Below are positions 26,081 to 36,606 of a DNA stretch of 64,000 bases, one piece after another (positions within the stretch are counted from its first letter, which is position 1; each line of letters opens with the position of its first letter). This DNA comes from a bacterium. Its GTDB lineage: Bacteria > Zhuqueibacterota > Zhuqueibacteria > Residuimicrobiales > Residuimicrobiaceae. The stretch lies in contig DAOOPF010000002.1 of NCBI GenBank assembly GCA_035388125.1, positions 4,711-68,710 on the forward strand. The letters run 5' to 3'. The position numbers and the translations under genes were made by a program. The notes below the pieces were generated by a model. That model saw only the letters and a list, made by a program, of their open reading frames with translations, had not been told where the DNA came from and ran no database searches.

Positions 26081-28804
26081 ATGGAGAAGCTCTCACCAAC
26101 CGCCATGCCCATGTACAAGCGATCAACGCACAGAGCGACCAGGCGATTTCTTGCAGCAGGAGCCCTCGCAAGACGATGGCTCCTTGTCGCCTTCTCCCTC
26201 TCCGCCGCAACGGCCGCCTGGCCTCAGCGCCTGCTCACCGTCTCGCTGCCGCGTGAACCCGTTGAGGCCCCCTTCGCTCTGGTCCCGGAGCAAAAGAGCG
26301 ACGGCCCCAAGGTGGGTCTGGCCCTCAGCGGCGGTGGTCTGCGCGGAATCGCCCACATCGGTGTTCTCCAGACCCTGACCGATCACAATATCCCCATCGA
26401 CTTTATCGGCGCAACCAGCATCGGATCCATCATCGGCGGGCTCTACGCCTCGGGGTATTCACCGGAAGAACTCTGGGCGATCGTCGAAAAGCTCGACCTC
26501 GGCGATCTGCTCAATGATTCCCCCAGCCGGGCCAGCCAGTTCCTGGCGGAAAAACAAATGCAGAGCCGGGCCATTCTTCAGCTGCGGCTGGCAAACTGGA
26601 AATTCTACCTGCCGGAGGCCGTCACCCCGGGTCAGAAGTTGACCAACACCCTGACCGATCTCTATCTCAACGCCCCCCTGCACGAATCTGATTTCAGCCG
26701 CCTGCGGGTACCCATCAAAATCCAGACCACCGATCTGCTCACCGGCAGCAAGATCGTGCTGGAGCAGGGCAACCTGATCGAAGCGATGCGCGCCTCCATC
26801 GCGGTGCCGCTTCTGCTCATGCCCGTGGAGTACAATAACTCCCTGCTCGTCGATGGCGGCCTGCTCGACAACCTCCCCGTCGAGGAGACCAGGGCCATGG
26901 GAGCGGATATTGTCATTGCCATCGACTGCACCGCCAATCTGCGTCCACGCGAAGATATGAACCTCCCCTGGGAACTGATGGACCAGGTGACAACCATCAT
27001 GCAGCAGGGGCACAATCTCGAACAGCTCGAAAAGGCCGATTTAATCCTCAGTTTCAAAAGCTTTCCGGCCGCTACGACCCAAAAAGAAGTGATAAAAACG
27101 CTCTATGAAACAGCGCGCGCGCAGACGGCCGCGATCATTCCGCAGCTTAAAAACCTGCTGGAAAAAAAGAGAGCGGAACAGACCCTCTCCCTCAACAGCC
27201 CCTCCTTCCGCTTCAGCCGGGTCTCCTTCTCGGGCTCTACCCGCCTCGGCTTCACCGATCTCATCGACGCGCGCTCCAGCATTATCTATACTCCGGCTGA
27301 TATCCAGGCCAATTTAGCCACACTCTTCGAGACCGGCTTTTTCTCGGAGGTTGCAGCGCACATCGAGGCCGACGGAAGCGACACCACCCTGATTTATGCC
27401 TGCACCCCTTATCCGGAGCTGAAACAGATCGATCTGCAGGGAAATACCATGCTCTCGGACATTGAATTGCTCACCCCTTTTGTGCCGCTTCTGGGTCACC
27501 CTCTCAACCGGCATCAGGCGCGGGCCGCCCTGCAAAAGCTCATTCAGCTCTACCGCACGGAGGGCTATTCACTCGCCTTTCTCCGCAGCGTCGAGTTCGA
27601 TCGCAAGAGCGGAATTGCGCGTATAAACATCGACGAGGGCAGGATCGCCCGCGTCCGTTTTGATGGCCAGGAGGTGACCAAAACATCGGTCCTCAACCGC
27701 GATTTTGCACTCCGGAGCGGAGACCTCTTCCAGCGCAAACAAGCCCAGCAGGCCATCAACAACCTCTACGGCACCGGCCTTTTCAACTCCGTCACCCTCC
27801 TCCCCCAAACCAGCCCCGAGGGTTGGGAATTGATCGTCCGCCTGCGCGAAAAAAAATACACTGTACTCCGCCTGGGCACGCACTATGATCTGGAGCTGAA
27901 CGGCCGCGCCTTTCTGGAGGTGGCTCACGAAAACACCTTTGGCAGCGGCAACGATCTCATCCTGCACGGACAGTACGGAGACCGCGACCATAAGTTTTCT
28001 CTCCAGTTCAACGCCGACCGCCTTGCCAACTCTTTCCTGAGCTTGCAGGTCACTGCCCGGCAGGAGTACGCCAAACGTTTTTATTATAAAAATTTCACCG
28101 GGATGGGAGAGTATGAACGCCGCGCCAACGGTGCGCACATCAGTCTGGGCATGCAGATCGCCCGTCTCGGCATGCTCTCCGGATTCATGCGGCTGGAGAA
28201 GATGAACATCCACCGCCTCTCCGGCAGCATCGTCGATGCCGGTGAACTGAACCTGAATACCATCGGCGTCAACAGCGTCGTCGATACCCGCGACCAGATC
28301 CTCTTTCCGACGCGCGGGAAATACCACACCTTCACCTATGAGGTCTCCTCCGGAAAATTTCTCGGCGCGGATATCTCCTTTTTCAAGGTGCAAAACCAGC
28401 TCACTACCTTCTGGACCTTCAGGAACCGCAGTACCCTCTCCCCCCGGCTCATCTGGGGCACATCAGATTTGACAACACCATTTTCGGAACAGTACAGGAT
28501 CGGCGGGGAAGACTCTTTTTATGGATTGCGAGAAGAAGAGTGGAGCGGAAGGAATATCATACTGGGCAGCCTCGAATACCGCTACTGCCTGCCCTGGAAA
28601 AGTTACCTGACCTTCTATTTTTCAACGCGTTTCGATTTTGGCGCAGTCTGGGAAAACTCGGTCGAGGTGAACGGAAAGGATTTCATCTCCGGCAGGGGAG
28701 CCGCCCTGAGCCTCAAAACGCCTTTGGGGCCTTTTTCGGCCGCCTACGGCCGGGCCAGCAACGGCCATGACCGTTTCTACTTTTCCGCCGGCTACAACTT
28801 TTGA
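26081..28804 (+). CDS. Patatin-like phospholipase fused to POTRA and an Omp85-type beta-barrel (PlpD/type Vd-like)
   Basis: Patatin motifs GLALSGGGLRGIAHIGVL, GATSIGSIIGG (GxSxG) and VDGGLLDNLP (catalytic Asp). A POTRA-like region follows (INIDEGRIARVRFDGQEVTKTSVLNRDFALRSGDLF). The beta-rich C-terminus ends in ...YFSAGYNF. The start is uncertain (26021, 26081 or 26105). Confidence 0.8.
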   Translation: MEKLSPTAMPMYKRSTHRATRRFLAAGALARRWLLVAFSLSAATAAWPQRLLTVSLPREPVEAPFALVPEQKSDGPKVGLALSGGGLRGIAHIGVLQTLTDHNIPIDFIGATSIGSIIGGLYASGYSPEELWAIVEKLDLGDLLNDSPSRASQFLAEKQMQSRAILQLRLANWKFYLPEAVTPGQKLTNTLTDLYLNAPLHESDFSRLRVPIKIQTTDLLTGSKIVLEQGNLIEAMRASIAVPLLLMPVEYNNSLLVDGGLLDNLPVEETRAMGADIVIAIDCTANLRPREDMNLPWELMDQVTTIMQQGHNLEQLEKADLILSFKSFPAATTQKEVIKTLYETARAQTAAIIPQLKNLLEKKRAEQTLSLNSPSFRFSRVSFSGSTRLGFTDLIDARSSIIYTPADIQANLATLFETGFFSEVAAHIEADGSDTTLIYACTPYPELKQIDLQGNTMLSDIELLTPFVPLLGHPLNRHQARAALQKLIQLYRTEGYSLAFLRSVEFDRKSGIARINIDEGRIARVRFDGQEVTKTSVLNRDFALRSGDLFQRKQAQQAINNLYGTGLFNSVTLLPQTSPEGWELIVRLREKKYTVLRLGTHYDLELNGRAFLEVAHENTFGSGNDLILHGQYGDRDHKFSLQFNADRLANSFLSLQVTARQEYAKRFYYKNFTGMGEYERRANGAHISLGMQIARLGMLSGFMRLEKMNIHRLSGSIVDAGELNLNTIGVNSVVDTRDQILFPTRGKYHTFTYEVSSGKFLGADISFFKVQNQLTTFWTFRNRSTLSPRLIWGTSDLTTPFSEQYRIGGEDSFYGLREEEWSGRNIILGSLEYRYCLPWKSYLTFYFSTRFDFGAVWENSVEVNGKDFISGRGAALSLKTPLGPFSAAYGRASNGHDRFYFSAGYNF

Positions 28805-29562
28805 TCGCGCGCCCTGTTCCAGTTCACCCAGTCACTCTGCTCGTCGGGGTCCTCCGGGCTGAATGAGCCGCTCTGGACGACCTCGCCCCTGCCGTCAACA
28901 CGTACCCGCTGCATGCTCCTCACGATCAGGCGCCATTCTTCCAGCGTAACCTCACGCGGCGCCGCAACCTCGGCCGGCCCCGGCACCTGATGCGGCGCTC
29001 CCGGGTGGGCACTGCGGATGGAATCCTGCCCGACAACTCTGCTGAGCACCACTTCCCCCGCATAGACCCTGAGTTCAGTGCTCGAGTCGGCGCCGACGCT
29101 CAGGCGCAGGGTCGTCCCGGTGATGGCAGCCGCGGCGACCGGAGTAGTGATCGAAAACCTTTTCGCGCCGCTCTTTTTGCCGACATGAGCCCACAGCTCA
29201 CCGGACTGCAGCACGATCGCCGATTCGCGTTCCTGCTCCACCGTCTCTTCATAGAGCTTGAGGATGTCGATGGTCGTGCGTGGCGCCATGCGCACACGAT
29301 CCAGACGCGCAATTTCCAGCTCTGCGCGGGATTCGGAAAAAGTCCTTACCCTTTCGCCGGAGATCACCGTAGAATCCACCAGCACACGGTGCCACTCCTC
29401 CTCCGTAACCTTCTGTTTCCTGGCCGACCCCTCCACAAAGGTCACGATCCCCTTTTGGTCTGCCTCTTCAGGCTCCGGGGCCATTCCGGCCGCAAAGAAC
29501 ACGACCGCAGCGGCCAGACCTAAAACCACTGCTCCACCTGTGCGCTTGCTCTTGCTCCACAT
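28792..29562 (-). CDS. FecR-domain membrane-anchored protein
   Basis: N-terminal TM helix (GGAVVLGLAAAVVFFAAG) followed by a FecR-like beta region (VISGERVRTFSESRAELEIARLDRVRMAPRTTI...ITTPVAAAAITGTTLRLSV). I chose the ATG at 29562 so that it does not overlap gyrA. Confidence 0.6.
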   Translation of the reverse strand: MWSKSKRTGGAVVLGLAAAVVFFAAGMAPEPEEADQKGIVTFVEGSARKQKVTEEEWHRVLVDSTVISGERVRTFSESRAELEIARLDRVRMAPRTTIDILKLYEETVEQERESAIVLQSGELWAHVGKKSGAKRFSITTPVAAAAITGTTLRLSVGADSSTELRVYAGEVVLSRVVGQDSIRSAHPGAPHQVPGPAEVAAPREVTLEEWRLIVRSMQRVRVDGRGEVVQSGSFSPEDPDEQSDWVNWNRARDQKL

Positions 29563-29608
29563 CGTGCACCCTCCCGCATTGAGGGGATCAGAGCCCTTCT
29601 GATCCCGG

Positions 29609-32041
29609 TCAGGAGCGCTTCTTGCCCTGAGGATCAGGCAACGGAAAGAGAGAGGCGATCTCATCACCCTTGACAATATTGACGACAGCCGTTCCCTGGG
29701 TCGCGCGGCCGCCTGTCTTGATCTCTTTGGCTTTGAGCCGCTTCAGTTTGCCCTTTTTGGTCACCACAATAAACTGATCCGTGGCCGCGGCTTCCACTAC
29801 CGCCGCGACCCACCCGGACTTTTCGGAGCATTTGTAGTTTACGATCCCCTTGCCACCGCGCTTGATGGTGCCATATTCAGCGGCATCACTGCGCTTGCCA
29901 AAGCCCAAATGGGTAAGGCTCAAAACCGCAGCCGCATCCCGCACCAGCAGCACCACGCTGACGACATGATCGTCCGACTCCAGCTCGATGCCTTTGATGC
30001 CGCCTGCAGCCGATCCCATTTCACGGACATCCTCTTCCGAGAAACGGATGCTCTTGCCCTGCCGAGAGGCCAGGAGCAGTTCCATCTTGCCATCCGTCAT
30101 CTCCGCTCCGGCCAGGGCATCATCGTCGCGCATGCCGATCACCATCATGCCGCCCTCCTTGATGCGCTGCAGCTCGGAGAAACTGACCTTCTTGACCAGC
30201 CCCTGGCGGGTCGCCAGAAAGAGATACCGCTCGCTGCTCTCCCTGGGCATATCGAAGCAGGCGATGATCTCTTCTTCACTCCTGAAATGAAGAAGCCGGC
30301 TGATCTCGCCCCCCTTGACCTCATCTGTGGCGAAGGGGATAAAACTGGTCCGCGACAGGTAGGCACGTCCGGAGCGGCAGACGAAAACCAGCAGCTGGCT
30401 GCTAACCGACCGGAATGCGAAGCGAAGATAATCCTTTTCGCCCAGGAGCGAAGAGACGGCCTCGCTGTTATAGTCCTGAGGGCTGAAGCGGCCGATGCGC
30501 CCCTTGCTGGTCAGGGCCAGGATGAACTCCTCATCGGAGACCATCTCCTGCAGGGACTGTTCGCCATCTCCGCTGCGCGTCACAATCAGCGTCCGCCGGT
30601 TATCGCCGTACCTCTCCCTGAGATCGAGCAGTTCCTGCTTGATCAGCTGCATGCGCAGGGATTTGCTGCCGATCAGGGATTTGAGCCTCTGGATGAGCTT
30701 GATCAGCTCTTTATATTCATCCTCGATTTTTTTGCGTTCGAGGCCGGTCAGCCGCTGCAGACGCATGTCCAGGATGGCCTGTGCCTGAATCTCGGACAGC
30801 TTGAAATTCTTCATCAGCCCTTTGCGGGCGGTATCCACATCCCGGGATTTTTTGATCAGGGCGATCACCGCGTCGATGTTGTCGAGCGCGATCTTGAGTC
30901 CCTCAAGGATATGGGCGCGCGCCTCGGCCTTTTGCAGCTCGAATTTGCACCGGCGCAGGACGACTTCATGGCGGAATTTGAGAAACTCGGTGAGAATTTG
31001 CCTGATGTTCAGGATCCTGGGCTGCCCGTCCACCAGGGCCAGCATGATGGCGCCAAAGGTGGTCTGCATCTGGGTGTAGCGGAAGAGATCCTTGAGCACC
31101 GCCTCGGCGTCCGCTTCCTTGCGCAACTCGAAAACGATGCGCATGCCGTCGCGATCAGACTCGTCGCGGATGTCATAGATGCCCTCGATCTTCTTGTTGC
31201 GCACCATCTCGGCGACGCGCTCGATCAGTGAGGTTTTGTTGACCTGGTAGGGAATCTCCGTCACTACGATGCGCTTGCGCCCGCCGCTGACCTCTTCGAC
31301 GTGCACCCTGGCGCGCACCGTCAGCTTGCCGCGACCGTGCTTGAAATAGGCCGCGATATCTTCGTCCCCGACAATGATGGCTCCGGTCGGAAAATCCGGT
31401 CCCTTGATATATTTGCGGATTTCCTCGGGTTTGATCTCCGGTTTTTCGATCACCGCCACCAGAGCATCGACCACCTCGCGGAGATTGTGCGGGGGTACAT
31501 TGGTCGCCATGCCGACGGCGATGCCGGAGGCGCCGTTGACGAGCAAAGTAGGCAGCAGGGCGGGCATGACCAGGGGTTCTTTGAGAGAATCATCAAAATT
31601 GGGGATGAAATCGACGGTGTCCTTGTCAAGGTCCCGGATCACCTCTTCGGCGATCGGCGCCAGACGCGCCTCGGTGTAACGCATCGCCGCGGCGGCATCG
31701 CCGTCGATGGAACCAAAGTTGCCCTGACCGTCGACGAGGGGATAGCGCAGGGAGAAATCCTGCACCATGCGCACCATGGCATCATAGACAGCGGTATCAC
31801 CGTGGGGATGATACTTGCCAAGCACCTCACCGACGATACGTGCGCTTTTTTTATAGCCCGAGCCGGGCCTGAGCCCCAGTTCGAGCATGCCGTAGAGAAC
31901 GCGGCGGTGTACCGGTTTGAGACCGTCGCGGACATCCGGCAGGGCGCGCGCAACGATCACCGACATCGAATAATCGATGTAGGAGTGCTTCATCTCCTCT
32001 TCAATAAAAACCGGTACGAGTTTTTCGCTATTTTCCGTCAT
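29609..32041 (-). CDS. gyrA: DNA gyrase subunit A
   Basis: [23 protein letters not shown] (catalytic Tyr), and C-terminal beta-pinwheel repeats. 810 aa. Confidence 0.95.
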   Translation of the reverse strand: MTENSEKLVPVFIEEEMKHSYIDYSMSVIVARALPDVRDGLKPVHRRVLYGMLELGLRPGSGYKKSARIVGEVLGKYHPHGDTAVYDAMVRMVQDFSLRYPLVDGQGNFGSIDGDAAAAMRYTEARLAPIAEEVIRDLDKDTVDFIPNFDDSLKEPLVMPALLPTLLVNGASGIAVGMATNVPPHNLREVVDALVAVIEKPEIKPEEIRKYIKGPDFPTGAIIVGDEDIAAYFKHGRGKLTVRARVHVEEVSGGRKRIVVTEIPYQVNKTSLIERVAEMVRNKKIEGIYDIRDESDRDGMRIVFELRKEADAEAVLKDLFRYTQMQTTFGAIMLALVDGQPRILNIRQILTEFLKFRHEVVLRRCKFELQKAEARAHILEGLKIALDNIDAVIALIKKSRDVDTARKGLMKNFKLSEIQAQAILDMRLQRLTGLERKKIEDEYKELIKLIQRLKSLIGSKSLRMQLIKQELLDLRERYGDNRRTLIVTRSGDGEQSLQEMVSDEEFILALTSKGRIGRFSPQDYNSEAVSSLLGEKDYLRFAFRSVSSQLLVFVCRSGRAYLSRTSFIPFATDEVKGGEISRLLHFRSEEEIIACFDMPRESSERYLFLATRQGLVKKVSFSELQRIKEGGMMVIGMRDDDALAGAEMTDGKMELLLASRQGKSIRFSEEDVREMGSAAGGIKGIELESDDHVVSVVLLVRDAAAVLSLTHLGFGKRSDAAEYGTIKRGGKGIVNYKCSEKSGWVAAVVEAAATDQFIVVTKKGKLKRLKAKEIKTGGRATQGTAVVNIVKGDEIASLFPLPDPQGKKRS

Positions 32042-32071
32042 CTCTTCGATTTCTGTTTAGACTGCTTCTGG

Positions 32072-33991
32072 TTAAACATCCAGATTGCGAACATACTGGG
32101 CGTTCTCTTCAATAAATTTTCTGCGCAGCTCGACGTCATCGCCCATCAGCATGGAAAAAATATGGTCGGCCTCGAAAGCCTCTTCGATGGTCACCTGCAA
32201 AAGTGTACGGAACTGCGGGTCCATGGTCGTCTTCCAGAGCTGGGCCGGATTCATTTCTCCCAAACCCTTGTAGCGCTGGAGAGAGTAGTTTCTGGTCTGC
32301 TCCCTGTTCTTCTCCTGCACTTTGCGGAGCTCTTCATCGTCGTAGACATAGAGCTCCTCATTGCCGCGAGCGAGCCGGTAAAGCGGCGGCTGGGCGATAT
32401 AGAGGTGACCGTGATCGATCACAGGACGCATATGGCGGAAGAAAAAAGTGAGCAGCAGCGTGCGGATATGGGCGCCGTCGACATCCGCATCAGTCATGAT
32501 GATGATCTTGCTGTAGCGGATGCGCTCCACCTGAAAATCATCCCGCCCGATGCCGGTGCCCAGAGCGGAGACGATGGTGCGGATCTCTTCGTTGGAGAGC
32601 ATCTTGTCGAGACGGGCCTTTTCGACATTGAGGATCTTGCCGCGCAGCGGCAGAATAGCCTGAAAGCGGCGGTCTCTCCCCTGTTTGGCGCTGCCTCCGG
32701 CCGAATTGCCTTCAACGATGAAGAGCTCCGTCCGTGCCGACTCCGACCAGGAGCAGTCGGCCAGTTTGCCGGGGAGAGTGTCATTTTCAAGCGCCGATTT
32801 GCGCCGGGTCAGCTCGCGTGCCTTGCGCGCCGCCTCGCGCGAACGCGCTGCCACCTGACATTTCTCGATGATGCGCTTGCCGACGGAGCTGTTCTGCTCG
32901 AGATATTTCCCCAATTGCTCGTTGACCAGCCCCTCGACGATCCCCTTGACCTCGCTGTTGCCCAGACGGGTTTTGGTCTGGCCCTCGAATTGGGGATCAT
33001 TAACCTTGACACTGATCACCGCCGTCAACCCCTCGCGTACGTCATCACCGCTCAGTGTGTTGTCGCCATTTTTAAGCAGCTTGTTCTTGGCCGCAAAGTT
33101 ATTCAGGGTACGGGTCAGCGCTGCCTTGAAGCCGACCAGATGCGTGCCACCCTCGATGGTGTGGATGTTGTTGACGTAGGAATAGATATTCTCGTTGTAG
33201 GAATCATTATAGGAAAAGGCGATATCGACAGGTATGTTCTCACGTTCTCCGGTGAGAAAAATGGGCCGCTTGGTGAGTGTATTGTGACCCTGGTCGAGGT
33301 ACTCAATGAAAGCGCTGAGACCCCCCTTGTATTTGAATTTGTTGCTCTTTCCGGTCTTCGCATCGAGAATGGATATTTTGAGGTTGGGATTGAGAAAGGC
33401 GAGTTCCCTGAGCCGCTCCGAAAGGATTTCAAAGCTGAATTTGCGCTTTTTAAAAATCTCGCCGTCGGGCATAAAAGTCACCTTGGTGCCAGTGCTCTTG
33501 CGGCTGCCGACCTTTTTAACCGGGGCATCCGGCACCCCGCGCTGATAGCGCTGGCGATAGAGCCCCCCATCCCGGGCGACCTCGACCACCATCCACTCCG
33601 ACAGGGCATTCACCACGGAAACACCCACTCCGTGCAGACCGCCGGAAACCTTGTAGGCCTTTTTATCGAATTTGCCGCCCGCATGCAAAACGGTCATGAC
33701 CACTTCCAGAGCAGAGCGGTTCTGCTCCGGATGGATATCAACGGGAATGCCGCGGCCGTTATCAATGACCGAAACGCTTTCGTCTTCGTTGATGCTCACT
33801 TCAATTTCATCGCAGGAGCCGGCCAGGGCTTCATCGATGCTGTTATCCACCACTTCATTGACGAGGTGATGCAAACCCCGCACCGAGATATCGCCGATAT
33901 ACATCGCAGGGCGCAACCGCACCGCCTCCAGACCCTTGAGAACCTGAATCTGGCTGGCATCGTAGGCGGACTGATTTTTAGCGTTGTTCAT
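32072..33991 (-). CDS. gyrB: DNA gyrase subunit B
   Basis: LHHLVNEVVDNSIDEA, GGLHGVG, ELFIVEGNSAGGSAKQGRDR, PLRGKILNVEKA. 639 aa. Confidence 0.95.
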   Translation of the reverse strand: MNNAKNQSAYDASQIQVLKGLEAVRLRPAMYIGDISVRGLHHLVNEVVDNSIDEALAGSCDEIEVSINEDESVSVIDNGRGIPVDIHPEQNRSALEVVMTVLHAGGKFDKKAYKVSGGLHGVGVSVVNALSEWMVVEVARDGGLYRQRYQRGVPDAPVKKVGSRKSTGTKVTFMPDGEIFKKRKFSFEILSERLRELAFLNPNLKISILDAKTGKSNKFKYKGGLSAFIEYLDQGHNTLTKRPIFLTGERENIPVDIAFSYNDSYNENIYSYVNNIHTIEGGTHLVGFKAALTRTLNNFAAKNKLLKNGDNTLSGDDVREGLTAVISVKVNDPQFEGQTKTRLGNSEVKGIVEGLVNEQLGKYLEQNSSVGKRIIEKCQVAARSREAARKARELTRRKSALENDTLPGKLADCSWSESARTELFIVEGNSAGGSAKQGRDRRFQAILPLRGKILNVEKARLDKMLSNEEIRTIVSALGTGIGRDDFQVERIRYSKIIIMTDADVDGAHIRTLLLTFFFRHMRPVIDHGHLYIAQPPLYRLARGNEELYVYDDEELRKVQEKNREQTRNYSLQRYKGLGEMNPAQLWKTTMDPQFRTLLQVTIEEAFEADHIFSMLMGDDVELRRKFIEENAQYVRNLDV

Positions 33992-34011
33992 ATTTTTTAA
34001 AACACCACCTG

Positions 34012-34302
34012 TTAAATAAACCGGATGTCTTTGACCAGCCCCTCACCCAGGGCACTGCCGATTTTGGCGAGAATAGCCTGTTTCTGAAAGAGCAATTCGG
34101 TACGCCAGGTCATCGAGGCCACCCGGACATAAAGGACACCCTCCTGAAGATGATCGGGCCTGGATATCTTGCCGATTTTTTCACCAACCAGTTGAGGCCA
34201 CTCCTCTATCACTCGCTGCTGTTTCAACCGCTGTTCAAGTCCAAGCTGGTGAATCAGCTGCGCCAATCCTTTGGAAATATGCTGATTGTCGTCACGAACC
34301 AT
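34012..34302 (-). CDS. dciA: DUF721/DciA-family protein
   Basis: A 96-aa protein in the classic recF-gyrB slot. The sequence W..lVGekI...s.p..l..GvLyV.V.s..W..EL is typical of DUF721. It overlaps the recF stop by 11 nt. Confidence 0.65.
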   Translation of the reverse strand: MVRDDNQHISKGLAQLIHQLGLEQRLKQQRVIEEWPQLVGEKIGKISRPDHLQEGVLYVRVASMTWRTELLFQKQAILAKIGSALGEGLVKDIRFI

Positions 34303-35431
34303 TTTCCCCTCTTTCTATCCGACCTTCACGCACAAAAAAGAGATATTCCTCTTTCTGCCGGTGAAGGCTGTGCTGCAGGGATGAAAAATCGGCTGAGGTG
34401 CCGGAGATAATACACTGGCCGCCGTCTGAAAAGAGCTCAATCACCTTTTCACCACGCTCCTGGTCGAGTTCCGCGTAGAGGTCGTCCAGAAGGAGCATCG
34501 GCGTGGTGTTGAGATAACTTTTCAGCAGGAAGAGTTCGGCAGCCTTGATGCTGATGAGCGCGCTTTTGTGCTCGCCACGCGAACCAAATTGACGCAGCGT
34601 GCGTTCCCCGACGCACAATTTGAACTCATCGCGGTGGGGACCGACCATCGACACTCCCCGGGCAATTTCGAGGCCTTTCATTTTTCTCAGCTTCTCGACA
34701 AAACGATCACGGGGATCGGTCCCTGGGGCAGCCTCCACATTCGGCTCATAGGTGATGGTGAAAGGCTCGGTGGCGTCTCCGGAGATGCTCCGGTAATGGT
34801 GCAGCAGAACCGCGGCCATTTCAGAAACCAGTTTGCTCCGGAACTCCATCAGCGCACACCCCTTGAGGATCAGCTGCTCATTCCACGCCTCCAGTTCATC
34901 ACCGCTGTTGATCCGGCCGTTCTGTGTGAGCCACAGGATCCGATTGCGCTGCTTGATTACCTTTTCATACTCTTTGAGGTCATTCAGAAAGCGGCTGGAG
35001 CACTGGGACGCCAGAATATTAAAAAAGCGCCGGCGCTGCTGCGGTGAGCCGTGGGTGATATCATAGTCGGCAGCCGAAAGAACCACAACCGGAAATTGTC
35101 CCACCAGACTCGACAAATGGTGTACCGGTTTGCCATCAAGGATGACCTGCTTCCCTGATGCAACATGATAGCGTAAAACAATCTCGTGATCAATGCCGAT
35201 CTTATCCGCAAACCTTCCGGTGAGGTTAAAGTGATCTTTCCCCAGGGGAATCAGTTCTGCATCGTTGCTGGTACGGAACGATTTGCACAGGCAGAGCAGG
35301 TAGATGGCCTCGAGCAGATTGGTTTTACCCTGTGCATTTTCGCCAAAGAGATAGTTTTTCCTGGCATAAAATTCGAGATGCTGTGCATCCAGGTTACGAA
35401 AAGATTCAATCGCCAGGCTGCGCAGAAACAT
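34292..35431 (-). CDS. recF: DNA replication/repair protein RecF
   Basis: LFGENAQGKTNLLEAIYLL (Walker A) and LLLDDLYAELD (Walker B). 379 aa. Confidence 0.9.
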   Translation of the reverse strand: MFLRSLAIESFRNLDAQHLEFYARKNYLFGENAQGKTNLLEAIYLLCLCKSFRTSNDAELIPLGKDHFNLTGRFADKIGIDHEIVLRYHVASGKQVILDGKPVHHLSSLVGQFPVVVLSAADYDITHGSPQQRRRFFNILASQCSSRFLNDLKEYEKVIKQRNRILWLTQNGRINSGDELEAWNEQLILKGCALMEFRSKLVSEMAAVLLHHYRSISGDATEPFTITYEPNVEAAPGTDPRDRFVEKLRKMKGLEIARGVSMVGPHRDEFKLCVGERTLRQFGSRGEHKSALISIKAAELFLLKSYLNTTPMLLLDDLYAELDQERGEKVIELFSDGGQCIISGTSADFSSLQHSLHRQKEEYLFFVREGRIERGENGS

Positions 35432-35445
35432 GGCCGGACCGGCTG

Positions 35446-36606
35446 TTACTCGGCGCTGTAGGATGTATCGGTGGTGGTTGCCGGGCCCGCTTCGTTGATG
35501 CGAATAGGCATCAGCAGCATCACAACCTCCTCACCCTCGCGCTTTTCGACCGGTTTGAGAATTGCCGCACTGGTGGCATCCTTGAGTTCAAAAACGATCT
35601 CTTCACCATCGAGATGACGCAGAACATCCATCAGGTAGTTGCTATTGTACCCAATCTGCAGCCATTCACCATTGAAAGAGGCGGGAATGGCCTCTTTGGC
35701 TTCAGCACCGAATTCAATATCCTCGGAACGGACTGTCACCTCATCGGGCGCAACCATCAGACGAACCTGATGGGTCAAAGAGCTGGAAAAGATGGAGACG
35801 CGGCGCAGGCTGGAGATCAAAAGCTCGCGATTGATCTGCAGCTTTAACTCATTATCCTTTGGGAGGACGCGTTCATAGTTGGGGTAGGTTCCGCTGATCA
35901 GTTTGGAATAGACCACCGCCCGTTCGAGCGTGAAAACAATATGATCCTCGCCGATCTGAAGGCCGACATTGGCATCATCCTCAAAATTGCGCAGCAGAAG
36001 GTGGAGGGTTTTGGTCGGGATGATCAGGTTGCGGCGTACATCGTCGGCGATCATGCCGTTGGTGACTGTTATTTTGGCGAGGCGATGACCGTCGGTGGCA
36101 ACAAAACGAATCTCGCCGGGGAGCAACTCCATATTGATGCCAGTCAATGCCGGGCGCAGTTCATCGGCCGATACTGCGAAAATGGTCTGCTCCGCCATGC
36201 GTCCCAGGCGACCGGAGTCCATCTGAAAAGCGAGTTCGCCTTCTTCAACACTGATCTGGGGAAAATCTTCCTTCGGCTGGGTGGAGAGTTTGTATTCGCC
36301 CTTTTCCGTCCTGATGGTGACCTTGTTATCCGCATCTGAAAAGAGGTTGAGGGGTACATCCGGCAGCTCGCGCACGATCTCGACCAGAATTTTGGCCGGG
36401 ATGGCGACGGAACCCTCTTCGGTGCCGTTCACATCCAGGGTGGTCGTAATTGAAATTTCCAGATCGGTTCCAGTCAGAGAGAGCTTGCCCTCACGCAGAT
36501 CCAGCAAAATACAGGTTAAAATAGATATGGTGGTTTTGGGAGGCACAACACCAATCACTTTTTGCAATGCATCAAAAAACTCTTTTTTGGAAACAGTAAA
36601 ATTCAT
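35446..36606 (-). CDS. dnaN: DNA polymerase III beta sliding clamp
   Basis: MNFTVSKKEFFDALQKVIGVVP...ILTCILL, with a three-domain beta-clamp pattern. It sits between dnaA and recF. 386 aa. Confidence 0.9.
   Translation of the reverse strand: MNFTVSKKEFFDALQKVIGVVPPKTTISILTCILLDLREGKLSLTGTDLEISITTTLDVNGTEEGSVAIPAKILVEIVRELPDVPLNLFSDADNKVTIRTEKGEYKLSTQPKEDFPQISVEEGELAFQMDSGRLGRMAEQTIFAVSADELRPALTGINMELLPGEIRFVATDGHRLAKITVTNGMIADDVRRNLIIPTKTLHLLLRNFEDDANVGLQIGEDHIVFTLERAVVYSKLISGTYPNYERVLPKDNELKLQINRELLISSLRRVSIFSSSLTHQVRLMVAPDEVTVRSEDIEFGAEAKEAIPASFNGEWLQIGYNSNYLMDVLRHLDGEEIVFELKDATSAAILKPVEKREGEEVVMLLMPIRINEAGPATTTDTSYSAE

Noticed and set aside
31301-34000. 899-aa ORF on the plus strand running antisense across gyrA, the intergenic gap and all of gyrB
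   Set aside because: gyrA and gyrB are unambiguous on the minus strand. The antisense product has no recognisable motifs. Its long open frame is explained by GC3 bias, which depletes stop codons on the opposite strand.
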